This document shows positions 62,748-64,000 of a stretch of DNA of 64,000 bases, piece after piece. Source of the DNA: Takakia lepidozioides (lineage: Eukaryota > Plantae > Bryophyta); assembly GCA_030704615.1 (NCBI GenBank), contig CM060732.1, forward strand, positions 70,494,001-70,558,000. Reading direction: 5' to 3'. Within the stretch, counting starts at the first letter, position 1; each line of letters starts with the position of its first letter. The notes under the pieces are model-generated. The model was not told where the DNA came from, made no database searches, and saw nothing but the letters and a program-made list of their open reading frames with translations. The position numbers were made by a program, and so were the translations under genes.

Positions 62748-64000
62748 TCAATTCTCATTGAACTCTGAATAAGGTGCAAACAGAAGTGACGAATTGTGAC
62801 CGCCAAAGCCAAATGAGTTTGACAAGGCCACCTTGACGTCGAGTCTCTGCTTCTTGCCTCCCACAATCACATTCATGTCCTGCTTCCCAAAACAAATTTG
62901 ATTAAAGATGCTTCTACTCCAACTTTTCTCAGCATACGGTGCGAATGACACCCAGGAAAAAGATAACATCAGAATCAACAACTAGCATGCAAATACTGGT
63001 GCTTGTCATACTCAGTAAAGCAGATCATAAAATCAGTGAAGGGGGGAGAAGTGGAGGAAACACACTAAGATGGGTTGAGGATGTATATAACAGAAAACAG
63101 CTCTCTTACCACTTCAGTGTCAGGACTTTCAATGTTGATAGTTGGATGTAGCCAACCTGTCCTAATGGCCTGAAGACAGTCAACAAGGTGAAAATCTCAA
63201 ATCAGTTTTGGGGTGCATCATACAGGAGGCAATCCATTAGCCATTCTGGCACTGTATGCTGCAAGAGATGAGCCACCAAATCAGAGTGCAAACATCCGCT
63301 AGGAAATCACTTATGCAAAGCCAAATGTATAGTGATCTTGGTTCCTTGGGTCTTTTGAGAACAGGGGTTCTGCACAGAGTTTTGAAGATTTAAAAGATAT
63401 CTCACAAACATACAGCAAAGGGCCTATAATACATAACACATCAGACTTGACTGTTCTTGCTTGTCAAGCTTACCTCCAAGTTCTTTTGAGACACTAGGAG
63501 CTTCTTTCAAAAAGAAAATTAACACACATGGAATTATTTCAAAAGGATAACCTAGAATTGAACACACAACCACGGCAATGCCACAGGAGCATTGCACATG
63601 ACACTCATCATTCTACACAGAAACATTGTGTACATACCTGAACAGTTGCGATAGCTTCTACAGCCCCAGCAGCTCCCAGCAAGTGACCAATCATAGACTT
63701 TGTGGAGTTAACTCTTAACTGCATCACACATTGACCATCTTCAGACATTGCCTTTGGGATTTATCACAGGTTTTTCTATTTCCTGCAACCCCTTTGCCTG
63801 TGTGAATGGAAAGATTTTCTACTAGGTCAAACTGTTCCCTACCTCAGGATTCTGACCGAAAGCGCGCATAAGAGCCTTATATTCCTGTATATCACCAGCT
63901 CGGTTTGAGGTTGCATGGGCGTTCACATAGTTGACATCTTGCCTCCTTACTCCTGCCTGAGTCAACGCCTTCTCTATGCATAGAAGTACACCGGCCCCTG
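62748..64000 (-). CDS. KASII: 3-oxoacyl-ACP synthase II (KASII/FabF-type), last four exons; gene continues beyond the window
   Basis: Exons ~64000-63843 (VNYVNAHATS...FGQNPE), ~63719-63639 (LRVNSTKSMIGHLLGAAGAVEA), ~63170-63108 (AIRTGWLHP) and ~62879-62748 (ALSNSFGFGGHNSS). Confidence 0.9.

Overview
Eukaryotic nuclear DNA from a seed-free land plant, probably a bryophyte. This is inferred from spliced genes, PLS-DYW PPR genes and a MYCBPAP-like ciliary gene. The first ~16 kb is a three-level TE nest with every target-site duplication readable. A degenerate Ty1/copia element (445-15861; half-tRNA primer site; TG...AA ends) contains a chromovirus-type Ty3/gypsy element (4776-15480). The gypsy 3' LTR is split by a 4.65-kb Mutator-like TIR element (10601-15250). 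That inner element has no visible DDE transposase. It carries an intron-containing gene resembling a beta-class N4-cytosine/N6-adenine DNA methyltransferase, a divergently oriented SWIM zinc-finger gene and a ~120-bp tandem array; this is the top finding. The remainder holds a TIR-bounded block of PPR and LINE fragments, an F-box/SEL1 gene, a TRM112 pseudogene and two PLS-DYW PPR genes (one with a 4x tandem 5' region). It also holds a LAZ1/TMEM184-like gene with a near-intact LINE in intron 1, a MYCBPAP-like gene, a tRNA-derived SINE family, a Tourist-like MITE, a 2OG-Fe(II) oxygenase, plastid ribosomal protein PSRP4 and the 3' end of a KASII gene. All calls were made by eye without database searches.
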